Origin: Eledone cirrhosa
Lineage: Eukaryota
Assembly (NCBI GenBank): GCA_964016885.1
Contig: OZ024746.1
Location: forward strand, 13,516,001-13,580,000
DNA: 64,000 bases
Reading direction: 5' to 3'
Under the pieces are notes generated by a model. That model had not been told where the DNA came from, ran no database searches, and saw nothing but the letters and a program-made list of their open reading frames with translations. Shown piece after piece: positions 25,728 through 37,259 of the stretch (the stretch's first letter is position 1; each line of letters starts with the position of its first letter). A program made the position numbers and the translations under genes.

Positions 25728-25947
25728 GTGGCTGTGTGGCTTAGTGGTTAGGATGTTTGGCTCAAGATTTTAAGGTTGTGGATTTCAATTCTCTGAAGTG
25801 AGTTGTGTCCTTAAGCAAGATGCTTTATTTCAAGTTGCTCCATTCCACTCAGCTGACAAAAATGGGTTCTACTTATAATTCAAAACCCAACGTAGGCACA
25901 CACCGTGTCATGTCGAATCTCCTGGAGAACTATGTTAAGGGTGCATT
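25728..25947 (+). mobile_element. tRNA-derived SINE family 3 (diverged)
   Basis: TGGCTTAGTGGTTAG A-box head and GTGTCCTTAAGCAAGATGCTTTATTTCA...CTCAGCTG body, shared with 47557-47875. Confidence 0.75.
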
Positions 25948-25949
25948 TG

Positions 25950-26736
25950 ATAGCCTTTTATAACTACCTCAACATTGATGGTGTGGCCCTTTTGAAAATA
26001 GTCAATAACTACAATACCTTTTGTATCCCAAAACAGTGGCCATCACCTTCCCTGTAAATGAAATGACCATGACCTTTGGAGCAGGTGAGGTGGGGAGTTT
26101 CCACTGCGTGGATTGTCTCTTTGTGTCTGGCTCAAAGTGATGAATCCAACACTCATCCTACCTTAGGAAATGTTCAAGGAAACCAGATGGATCTGCCTCA
26201 AACAATGTCATATTTTCCTGTGATGTGATCAGCCTGGTGTTTTTTTGATCAGGTGTCAGAAGATGTGGCACCCATCATGCTAAGTTCAATGTGCACAATA
26301 TTCTCAACTCCCTCATGGGATATACTAATAGCATTGGCTATTTGATTTATAGTCAATCACCTGTCATCTGTCACCATGTGGTGAACACAAATCAATGTTT
26401 TACTCAGTGGTGGCAGTTGCAGGACATTCAGACCTTGGGTCATCTTCAAGACTCTCCCTTCCCCTCCTAAATTCAGCTGCCCAGGCAGCATGAATGTCTT
26501 TGAGGGTTAAACCCCTTTTCTGCAGATACTTGATAACACCACGATACCAAATTTTGTCTATTTTCAAGAGAAATCGACACTAGTAGTTTCTTTTGAAGTC
26601 TTTGAACAGTCAGATGTCACTTTACCTGGAAAGAAACAATGCAGTTATTAAGTGTTGGAATTAATGCATGCAAGATTTCACAACTCTAAAATCACTCCTT
26701 CATAGTCAGCTGATGAACTTTTCAGCCTATCCCCTG
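25950..26736 (-). mobile_element. Mariner transposon remnant (5' TIR plus transposase N-terminal half)
   Basis: Minus-strand translation gives RGVIKYLQKKG, WAAEFRRGRESLEDDPRS, WVPHLLTPDQK, DECWIHHFEPDTKRQSTQW and GKVMATV. The end reads TA|CAGGGGATAGGCTGAAAAGTTC. Confidence 0.9.
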
Positions 26737-29700
26737 TAAATATGCTAATTAATTTTATCTAATCAAAAGGATGAAATATGTGACCTTTTTGATATGAAGA
26801 GTAGGGATATTGTTTCTTTAGACAGGCCTCCTGTAGCCCCTTTTACAGATTAAGCTAGTGAAACACTAGTTTCAGTGGTGAATTGTAATTCTCGAGATTA
26901 GGTGAATTGAAAGAAATGTTTACCAGTGATATTGTTGGTCATATAAACTGCTGACCTCCTCTGTAGATTAGCACCCTGTTGATTCAGCCATCTGCAGCTG
27001 CAATATTTATATTACCCCACACTAGGTGTAAATACTAAGTTGGTGAGACTGATCAAGAAATGCGATATATTTACAACTCCATACATTCTCATTACAAAGT
27101 TGCAAATTATCATTCTTATCTTTCTGACAAAACATGGTCGGTTATTCAATTGTAAAACAGTTTTGAAATTTAATCATGAATGAGAAATTGTGGAATCATC
27201 CGTTAGAATCAGGAAAATGTAGAAAAATATCAAAGGGAAAAATTCTTCATACAATTATTTATAGGTTTCATTATAATTTCTTTCAAGAAAATTGATCTAT
27301 TCACTGCAGACTTGCTGACTTGTGTAGATTTTGTCCAAATCCTTAACCACCTGCCTTTTTCTATTGAACTGTTTCTTTTATTATTGATTCTACACCAATA
27401 AGATGCACATGTTAATTATTTGGACAGTTTGTAATATAATCTAAGAAGGTTGTTGCAATTAACTTTATTTTTTATGTTTTAATCTTCTCTATTATTGTCC
27501 AAATTATGTATATGCAGTAGCTAACTTTTATTTCATTATCCAGTAGGTTTGAAATACATGTATATTAACAAACATAGCACCTGATAACAAGGGTTGTGTG
27601 TACTTGATGAGGGTCTCTGTTAGATTAAGTTATTTTACTCATACTATTAACTCAAATGTTTATATACAATGTTTACTACTTTGTCTTTAAGGTGTCAGAA
27701 CAGAAAATTAACCCTTTTGTGACCATATTTCTAACAAGCATATACTGAGTTTGTGTTTTAATTATTAAAATGATCAAGAATTTTGAGAGTGAACTAACTA
27801 ACTAAAGATGAATACTTAATTACTGAAATTTAATATCATCTGTCATGTAATAAATGAAATTTTAGTAAGTTTTAAATTTAAATTCAAATACCTTAATAGG
27901 GATGGTTTCCAGTGGGTTAGATTAATGTAAAAGTTAAGGAAAGATTTTTTATATTAGGTGGGGGTATTATTTCAGTTTTAAAATATCTTTTTTCTTTATT
28001 GACTAAATGAATTTTTAAAGATAGATTTTACTCTATTGATTATATATAGTTTTTAGAAAACTGAAACCCAAACAGTAATTTTTAAATATGCATGACATCC
28101 TTTTACATGAGCTGAGGAAGCATATAAATAGCAGCTCAACCTGCTAGGAATGACTGCTAAATTTTCCTCAAATTGCTCTCATCTTAAATAAGGAAAGGAC
28201 TCGTTTGGATAAGGTAGTCCTTGACAGTCCTAAAGTCACAACTTTCATCATAGGTTTTCTTGATCAGTGTTGACTTGAACAATACACAGAACTGTATGTA
28301 TTTTTCATAAAATGTCATCTGACACTTGAGAAAAACATTTGTTCCAGCATAACAAAAGAAAATAAAATCTGAATTTTCTGGAGCTGTTAACCTAGGGTTG
28401 AAAATGATTTGTTTTGTACAGGCAAAACTAAGGGTTATGAATACAGTATAATTATTTCAGTAAAGTGTTGATCTGAACCCAGCAAACATTAAATATTTTG
28501 GTTGTAGGCACAGCACAAGTTTAGAGCCATTGATTAGCAAGAATCAGAGTAAACCAATGAAGCAATTAAAAAGAGTAAGAAATTCTACTGGAAAACAAAA
28601 TGGTTTCACTTTTTTAGTGACCTGAATGTATTTCTTTCTAAAAATATCTGGATGTTTCCCAAAGTAATCTCTAAGCAACGTTATTATGATAGTTTATTTT
28701 TATACAAGATTGAAATTTGTGCTATATACTTCAGATACACACACTCACACATGTTTATGTGAGAGAGTACGATAAAGATAACCACTTTTAGAATTCTATT
28801 CCAGACCAAGAGCTTCAAGCAACATATTTGGATCAATCAAATGTTTTTTCTTCTTTGCTTTAGATATTTCTCAGTGAAACTTCTACGTGGATACATCAAA
28901 TGAATTCTTCTAACATTTTAAGGTGGCATGCATATGAAAATTGATCACCTATTTTAATTTCTATCCAAACTAATATTTATTACTCTTAACCCTTTTGATA
29001 CCAAAACCACCTGAAACTGTCCATGGTTTCATTATGCAAAATTATTTGTTTTAAAGAGTTTATATTTATCTGAAACATTCAGTCATAACTTTTTTGGTTC
29101 CAAACACAATCTTAATAATGAGTTATATTAATTACTAAATACCTTCAAATTTTTGATTATTTTCAAAATTATATGTCTGTCAACAAACCCAAATGAATGT
29201 TAGCATAAGCATATTAAATATATAAAAAGTAACTAACTAATATATACATGGAGGAAAAAATATTAATGGCTAATATTTATATTATTCTTAGCAGGTTTTA
29301 GTTTCATTTTGACCTCTTGCCAAAGTAGTAATGAAATAATGAGCAAAATATATACAAGGCTGTACATTGGCTGGCATAGGTAAAAATAGAATTGTTTAGA
29401 AATTGAATATTTCAGTTGTACCATCTACATGAAAAACAACTGTTAAATTACTGTTATCATATTTATTGCATGGGGACATGCAATCAATGTGTAGTCAGGC
29501 AAAATAATATCAGTGAATGATTAATAGTGCTTCATTGTCAGAATTGTAAAACTAACAGTATTCTGTGTTCATACTGTGTGGTTTGAATATACATCCTACA
29601 CTGCTTAATTTTATCCCTGATCCTCTAGTTACTGACCACATGTTTTTAATCCTAAATGTTTAGTCAGTATTCCCACAATAAAGATCTCTGGCTTCAACAT

Positions 29701-30240
29701 AGTCTGGTTAAATGAAAGTTTTACTAAATCTGACATAACATTTTAAATCTGCTGAAGGTGGTGGAATTGTAGAAATAATAGAACCAAACTTAATCCATTA
29801 CTGTATTTAGCTTCATTTTTCTATTCAAACCTTGACAGATTCAATTTGTCTTTTATTCCTCAGAGGCGAATGAAAAATGCACCAAGAATTGATTTAACTA
29901 TAAATTGTTGACCTTGATTTCTCTATTATTTCAAAGCTATGCAGTCTTTTATATTAAAGCAAGAAATTAATCTGAGAGAAAGATTAGTTCTATTGCTATA
30001 TTCACAAGTATTTGCATAGAAGTGCATTTTGTTTAGTCAGCCAAACGAGTTAGTTATAATGTAAAAATTAGATAAAATATAGCGTGCACAAAATCTCTGA
30101 AATGCTTGTCACATGAATTCTTATTGATTGCATGCATAAACGGATGAACAAAATATTTAAAAATCAGAATATTATCATGAAAAAAGATTGAAACATTTTT
30201 ATTGTCCAACCCATGCAAACGTGAGAAAGTGGACATAAAA

Positions 30241-30390
30241 TAATTGTTTCTACTTTTGGCACAATGCCAGCAATTATCCCAGTACATTACTGGTACTTTA
30301 TTTTATCGACCCCGTAAGGATGAATGAAAGGAAAAGTTAACCTTGGCGGGATTTGAACTCATACCATAAAGGGCCGTAACTCTATGCTGT
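30241..30390 (-). mobile_element. SINE family 1 copy
   Basis: Reverse complement of the core, tail and B-box. Confidence 0.9.
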
Positions 30391-30454
30391 ATTTATTGAA
30401 CTCATGTTCTCAGATAAGTCAAAGCACTCAATCAAATATTGTAAATGGTTAGCT

Positions 30455-30652
30455 TTAACCCTTTAGCCATGTCTGGTCAGAATTCTCACCTCTTTCTGTT
30501 AAAACCAGTGGTAACTGGATGCTCATACCAACGTTAAGGTATTGTTCTCAAAAGAAATATCAAAATTTTGTAGATTGATATTATGTGAGATAAATTCTTT
30601 TCTGTGAAAATACAATAGAAAATATAGAGCAATGTGAATGGTAATGGGTTAA
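30455..30652 (+). mobile_element. TTAA-MITE, second family (copies at 31774-31975 inverted and 39374-39553 same orientation)
   Basis: TTAACCCTTTAGC ... AATGGGTTAA ends. Internal CAGAATTCTC, AGATT(C)GATATTATGTGA and AATATAGAG.AATGTGAAT are shared between copies. Confidence 0.8.
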
Positions 30653-30847
30653 ACAAGATATTCACAAATCACTGGCAGAAATGGATTGAATACTTTTCAA
30701 TATTTAGTTTTGTGCTACATTCTATTTGCCATGTTTAACTTGTCATGCCTTCTCACTCAATTGTTAAACTAAAGAACCACATACTAGAACTAGATTTAAT
30801 TGTTCTATTGCTCTGACATATTTGTGACCTGTGAAATTCTGTAATAA

Positions 30848-31033
30848 TTTACCAGAAAATATCTAAAAACAGGTGTGTTAATTCAGATGTCTATAGTATC
30901 TTTGTTAGTAGACAGATTATGTAAATTTTCAGTTTTGGAGTAAAGTCTTCAAATTTTAATGTGATGCAGTTTTGAACTCTTCAAGAATGTCTTGCTAATG
31001 CGGTTTGATGTGATACAGGACATTAAGAGTTAA
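30848..31033 (+). repeat. Dispersed repeat end terminating in GAG|TTAA (also 9945-10034; split copy at 45823-45924 + 47003-47085)
   Basis: TTTTAATGTGATGCAG...TTCAAGAAT.T.TTGCT.ATG.GG...ACAGGACATT..GAGTTAA occurs at three loci. Confidence 0.7.
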
Positions 31034-33716
31034 GGATGAACCTCTTGCCTTTTCAATAAAAGGTCCATGTATCACCTGTAAAATGATTTGGTACATAGGA
31101 TATGCAAAAAGAAATGTTTTTGTAAATGAAATGAAATTTACAACAATCACCTAAGCAGGTTTAGCTGGCCTCTGAGGAATTTGCATAAGATATAGAGAAA
31201 CTGAAAGCTAAAAATTTGCTAATCCCCTGACAAGGATTAGAGGCTCGAGGTGTACACATTGCAAAGTTATGTCAGAGTGAATCACAATATTAGGGGGAAA
31301 AGTGTATTTGGTATGACACTACTACACTTAGCCTCAGAAATTTTGAGGAAAATGTGTATTTGGTATGATACTGGTACACTTAGCCTCAACAATGTTTAAA
31401 AGAAAGAGTCTTAGAAATGTTACTGAGAGAGGTTGCTGAATGTGGAAAATAAGTGGAAGGAAGTAGACCTAACAGGGACCAGCTATTGAAGATGACATAT
31501 GTTGAAAGAAGCTCCCAGGAATATGGAAAAGGGGAAATTTGGTGGACCATCGGAGATAGTTGCTGTGATGCTGAAAACAACTATAATTTTGTATTAACTT
31601 CTAAAAACTATTAATTTTATATCAGTTGTTACATTTTTTTATGGTCATCATAAATTCTTAAAATATAAAGATGTAATATCACATTTTATATTTCAAACTA
31701 CTTTTGATATAAAACTATTTTTAAAATGTTTATATTTTTCTAAAAACATTTCATAATTTTATGTAAGAACCTTTAACCCTTTAGCATTCACATTACTCTA
31801 TATATACTATTATATTTTCATGGTAAAGGCTTTACCTCGCATAATTATCTCACATAATATCGAATCTATGAGATTTTGAAAGTATTTATTCAGTTTGAGT
31901 GACCAGTTACAGCCAGTTTCAACAGAAAAAGGTAGAGAATTCTGGCTGGTTTTGGCCGGTTTGAACATTAAAGGGACTGCGCTTCAAACACCAACTTAAA
32001 AGTGAAAGTTATTTTACTAAATCCCTCCAAATTCTTCATTATTTTCAAAATTAATTGAAAATTATGGGCAGTATCTTCTGAGAAATATGGTAACAAAACG
32101 GTTAAAGAAAACCTTTTAATTCTCATTCACTATAGAGGAAAACATTCCTTGAAAAAGAACCAATACTATTTCTAAAGTTCTATTTCAGATCAATTTTATT
32201 TTTTCTTATTATAAATCAATTCCAGGATAATCATGTTTTATATTTGGATGTGGCAAGCCAAATATAAAGATAATTTATTGGGTTCTTTCCTTTTGGTTTG
32301 GGAACGTCAGAATTTGTGCTGAATTCTTTTGATACCAATCCATCTGAAACGGTACTAGTTTCATGATAAAACAGTCCATTTTAAGTGTACGAGCCAAAAA
32401 ATATGTGACAACAACAACAAAATGCGATGGTAATTTGTTATTGTGGGGGGGGGGGGGGGCATATTTGGGGTCAATGTTTTGCTGATTTCCACCAACTTCA
32501 ACATCTTATATAAAAAAATGGTCCCCAAATATCTAGTGATTGCTTTACAATGAAACAATGTTTTACTATATTTTTACAGAATATTTATAGTCTTCAGTTT
32601 TCATTTTTGCCTGCATGTTAAAAAAATCATGTAAAAACTTAAAAAACACTTTGGATATCAAAATATTAAAACTATATTAAAATATTCTCCTCTCACGAGA
32701 ATTTACAAAACTGTGCCATCTAAACATGTGTTGATTAGCTGCCTTGACTTATAAATGGGGTTTGGATTTTGGTGGGGTGGTTATATTCAAGTACATCATA
32801 ATTTTATATAAGAACTTTTATGTTCTGAACGACTGTTTAATGAAAAAGTTGTTACTAAAACTCTCTCAAATTCAACATTAACCGAAATACATTCATTGTA
32901 TTTCATGAGATATATTGTTAGGAAAGGGTTAAATAATTGTTAGCAGTAATAATCTGTCCAATAAAATTCAGGTGGTGAAGGGGGTTATATTTTCAAGTCT
33001 TTCTACAGTTGTCCTTTTGAGCAGGATGCCATCTACATAACTAAAGATATAATTTATCATAGTTTATGCAATGCATATGCTTTATTAAGCACAGTTGCCT
33101 AATCTCCCTTAAATCACACCCTTCTGTCTTAACATACCTTGGATAATGTAGCAACTAATGTACAAAAAAGATTGAGTCATCATAACTGGAACACCTGTGG
33201 TAATTCTGCTCAATCAGAGCTGATTTATGGGGTTAACGAGAACAATAATATATTCAAATATGTTAATGATCAAATTGACAAACAACCTTTTCATAAATTA
33301 GAAATAGAATGGAATATTGGTTTTAACGAGTCATTGGACTGTGACCATGCTTGGGCATTGCCTTTAATTATATCGACTGTTCCACTTTGTTACTTGTTAC
33401 ATATTAAATCAACATTGATAGGAAAAATGTAAGCGTCTTGAATGTAAAGGGGGTAATTGAGATGAAACCAAATACCATAAATAATTTTTGTTTAGTGCCT
33501 GATTATACCTCCTACTCTCTGATGTGTGTGTTTGGTGCCGCCCCTCTGATACTATACCTTTAGATATGTGTATGTATATTTCGTGCCCCCGCCCCCCATC
33601 CCCTCCTCTCTGTACAATTGGTACCCCTGATACTGTCATCATCTCGCTGATATGTGGATATGTATGTATGCAAGCATGGAAAAATTTGTGTGTGTGTATG
33701 TCAATGTATATATATA

Positions 33717-34474
33717 CAAGGTGTCAAAAAAGAAACATGACCAGGGTCGCCAAAAAATTATTTCAAATCCAAACTACAAGTTTTCCTTCGAAATAATCCT
33801 CCTCGAGTCTAACGTACTTACCCATCCTTCTCCACCACATTTCCATGCACTTCTGAAAGAATTTTCTGCAGCCATTGTCACAGTCCTCTTAATGGCTCTG
33901 GTGCATGGTCTCTGGGTTATATTCAAAAAGATCCATGACTCATTACTGGTGATGACTCCCCGCTAAGTTTAGTTCAAGGCATTTGAGGACCCTACATAAG
34001 CTGCTTCTGGCCATTGTTCAGTGGCTTCAAGCACCGTCTTCGCGCAGATCTTCCATGTGCCCAAATCTCCAGTGATAATCTTCCCAACTTTGTCATGGTT
34101 CATGCCCAGCTCACCAACTTTGGCCTCAGTTTTGCTTGTTGAAGGCCTTCCACTCCTGGAGTTGTCTTTGAACCTTTTGTGCCACTTGAAAGCCTGTCAG
34201 CACAACATCGCCTCGTCTCCATACACTTGCTGTATTATTCTGAGTGCTTCTGATGGAGTTTTCCCCTGCTAGTTAGTTCATTGCTCTGTCTGTGCCCATC
34301 ACTCGCTGGCCTAAAATTAAGGAGCTGCTAACAACAGCATGTGAAAAAATATACCATGGTTGCAGAGAACCGAGATCGCAGTTATATACTTCCTGGTGAC
34401 GCAATCCTCTAATCCCTACCCCACCTTTAGCTCACTCAGCGCACTAAGTCCTGTTACTTTTCTGACACATCTCG
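33717..34474 (-). mobile_element. Internally deleted mariner element with both TIRs
   Basis: Imperfect TIRs TA|CAAGGTGTCAAAAAGAAACATGAC and GTCCTGTTACTTTTCTGACACATCTCG|TA. Minus-strand remnants GKTPSEALRIIQQVYGDEAM, DNSRSGRPSTS, VITSNESWIF and EDYFEG. Confidence 0.85.
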
Positions 34475-36956
34475 TATGTATATCTGTGCATGAATGTATA
34501 TCTATGTGTATGTATGTATATATATGGCTTCTCAATACACGTCTTTTTTCTCAATTTATTTTTTGCTCTATCTTTCTATTTCATTTTTTATTTCTCATTC
34601 TATCTACTGATGAAGGACTAGTATTAAGACTCTTTCCTATATCAAGCGTTAAACTAATATATTTCTTTATTGTACTGCGTCATCTGCTTTGCATTTTCTG
34701 TTTATCTTTTGCCTCTCTCTCTCTGTAGGTGCGTGTGTATGTGTATGCATCTGTATGTATGCGTGTATACAGGTTTCTTCATATTTTTCATCCACTGAAA
34801 GATCTCACACAAAATATTTTCATCTATCTGAAGATATAGAAAATACTTGCCCAAGATAAGGAGTGGGTTCAAATCTAGGCCTGTACCATCTCTGATTGTC
34901 TGTGGGCTAATTTTTTCCATAATTGTTTAGTAATATTCCTGGCCTTTTATAGGCTAATTTTATGGTGAAGTTAAGGCAGAAGTTGTATTAGAATATCTAT
35001 ACCAGTTTCTCTGGTAATATTGTTTGAAGAACAATTTAATTTGTCTGGAACAAATGGATCTAGAATCTCCATAAAATCAAATGTTTACTATATTATTTAT
35101 CCTTTTTACAGCCGATGTTATTCTAATGGTGACAGCTCTACCAGATGCACTGCAATACTAGTTTTATAAATAAAGTTTGGTTGAAAAAAATATATTGTAT
35201 TCGACTTTTTTCTCTACAATTACCTTCAGATAATCTTTGAAGTGTGACTATCACTTTACTTACATTTCGGAAAATGTTGGCCTGTTGGTGTCGGTTTCAA
35301 TTCTTATCCTTTTGTGGCAAAATTCAAATAATTCATTTATATTGTCACAATTTTCTAGGTTTTGTCATGATGGCATGGGTTGATAATTTACATTGAAGAG
35401 TCAGACAATTATGTAAATTCTTCAAATAGGTTCTTTACACTAGAATATTCTTCCTCAGTAAATATATTTTGGTTGTAGTTTATGCACCAAATCTATATCG
35501 GTCTATGATGAATATCTCAAAATGTTGTTGTTTCTTTATTTGGTATATAGCTTCATATTTTTAGAGTTGTATGTAAAAGGAAATTACTTTAACCAAGAAT
35601 TGAGACTTGATGTCTTCAATTATTTCAGTAGCTGACATATTTCACTGTTGTACATTTTGTCTTTGTAACATTCTATCATTTTACTTCATAAACTGAAAAC
35701 TAGTGTATGTATACATACAATAAATAAATATATATGTAGAGTTGTGTGTGGCACTTTTAGTTAAAACTTAATTTTTAGAAAATGTCATTTCAAAGTAATA
35801 ATCCAGTTACTATATTAAAATAAAATACCCATATTTCTGATACCCTTTTACTGGTTTCAACCTTCAGTTTGCTTCTATTGGAATATACTTTTATAGTGGG
35901 CCCATTTATGAGAAACCAGCTGGTAATAGCAAAATTGTCCGAAAAGATAAGTTAGTGAATGGAATGAGCATAGTCGACCACAAGCTGGAGGTACATCATA
36001 ATCTCATTTTAATCCAGCTGCATTCCTTTGCTCTTCATCTCTTCTAAATAGCTTCATTTGGGACAATTGCCAAAATCTGTTAGTAATAACAGTTGGAAAA
36101 TGAGACTTTTTTTTTTTTTAGCTAAGATAAAATCAAAAATAGATTTAAATTCCCTACTGTGAGTAACTGGATGAGATATTCTATTTTTTTAAAGAATATT
36201 TCAGTCAACAAAGCAAGTTTTTTTTCTTTTTGAGGTTTCCCTGTTAGTTTTTTTTTTTTTTTTTGCAGGATGTTTGGGTGGGTGGTGTTTATAGATTTGC
36301 AATGGATAAAAAAAACAATGTTACCCTCTTTCTATAAATATTAGATTTTAAAGTTATATATTTAGATTGGATTTTAATATTACAAGAAAATATCAACAAC
36401 TTCAAAATTTGAATTCTGCATTCAAGTTATAAATAAAACATTTTCAGTATGTTGACCCTGCCACAGTATTTTTCAGTCTTAACAGCTTTTTCGATGTTGT
36501 AGTATGTAGTTTTGTTCATTTATTAGAAATGCTTTTTTCAGTTTTCTTTTTAGTTTGTTTTGGTATTTGTTCTTCATATCTGCTTTTAAGTTTAGTTTTT
36601 GTAGTAAATTTAGTTCATATTGAATTGTTTCTCATAGTATCTCATTTCCAACCTTAAAATTGATGTTAGCTATATAGTAATTGGACACCAGATTTGGATT
36701 CGTTGAACTGTGAATGCGTGCTATATCACATGTTTTGCTTTGTGTTTTGCTGTAGATTCTTAGTATTTTGATTTTGATCATCTGTTGAGTAGATCAAGGA
36801 GGATTTGTTTAAAATGGTGCTTGGAGTTCTTCGGAATCGTTCTGCTTAATTACTTTATTTGCTTGAGATAGTAGTTGTTGTCGTAAGCAGTTATGTAGAG
36901 GTAGGAATTGTTTCGTGTCCTATTCTCTAATTACTTTTTCAACTGTTTTTATTTAG

Positions 36957-37259
36957 GAAACTCCACAGAAGATCCTAATGTAGTAATTGAAACTGTTGAA
37001 GACAATGCTGACACTGAGAAAAAACCAACTCTTACTACCAAAAACCCAGTTATGTATCTAAATGAATTGTTGCCTGAACCTTTGGTTTATGAACTGATGT
37101 CAGAATCTGGTCCTCCTCATGATAGGAATTTTGTCATGTCTGTAAAGGCTAATGACCAAACGGTGCAGGGGGCTGGTCGCAGCAAGAAACTTGCCAAGGC
37201 AGCAGCTGCCCAAGTAGCTTTGTTTAAGCTTTTCAACATCGTCTACATCTCAGAACCAG
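36957..37259 (+). CDS. ADAR2: Internal exon encoding one complete dsRNA-binding motif; putative extra N-terminal dsRBM exon of cephalopod ADAR2
   Basis: Acceptor tttttatttAG| with CTAAT branch-like site at 36927-31, donor CCAG|GTCAGT. Length is 303 nt (3n, phase 1-1). Translation includes KNPVMYLNELLPEPLVYELMSESGPPHDRNFVMSVKANDQTVQGAGRSKKLAKAAAAQVALFKLF, matching the dsRBM pattern and especially ADAR2 dsRBM2 (KNPVM.LNEL, SESG..H...FVMSV, G.GR.KKLAKA.AAQ.AL). The dsRBM call is firm; the ADAR2 name is an inference. Confidence 0.85.

Noticed and set aside
36957-37259. Alternative identity ILF3/NF90, STRBP or Staufen
   Set aside because: ILF3 dsRBM2 is similar (KNPVMELNE), but no DZF-domain exons are visible upstream and GR.KKLAKA.AAQ fits ADAR2 better. 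This is not formally excluded without a search.
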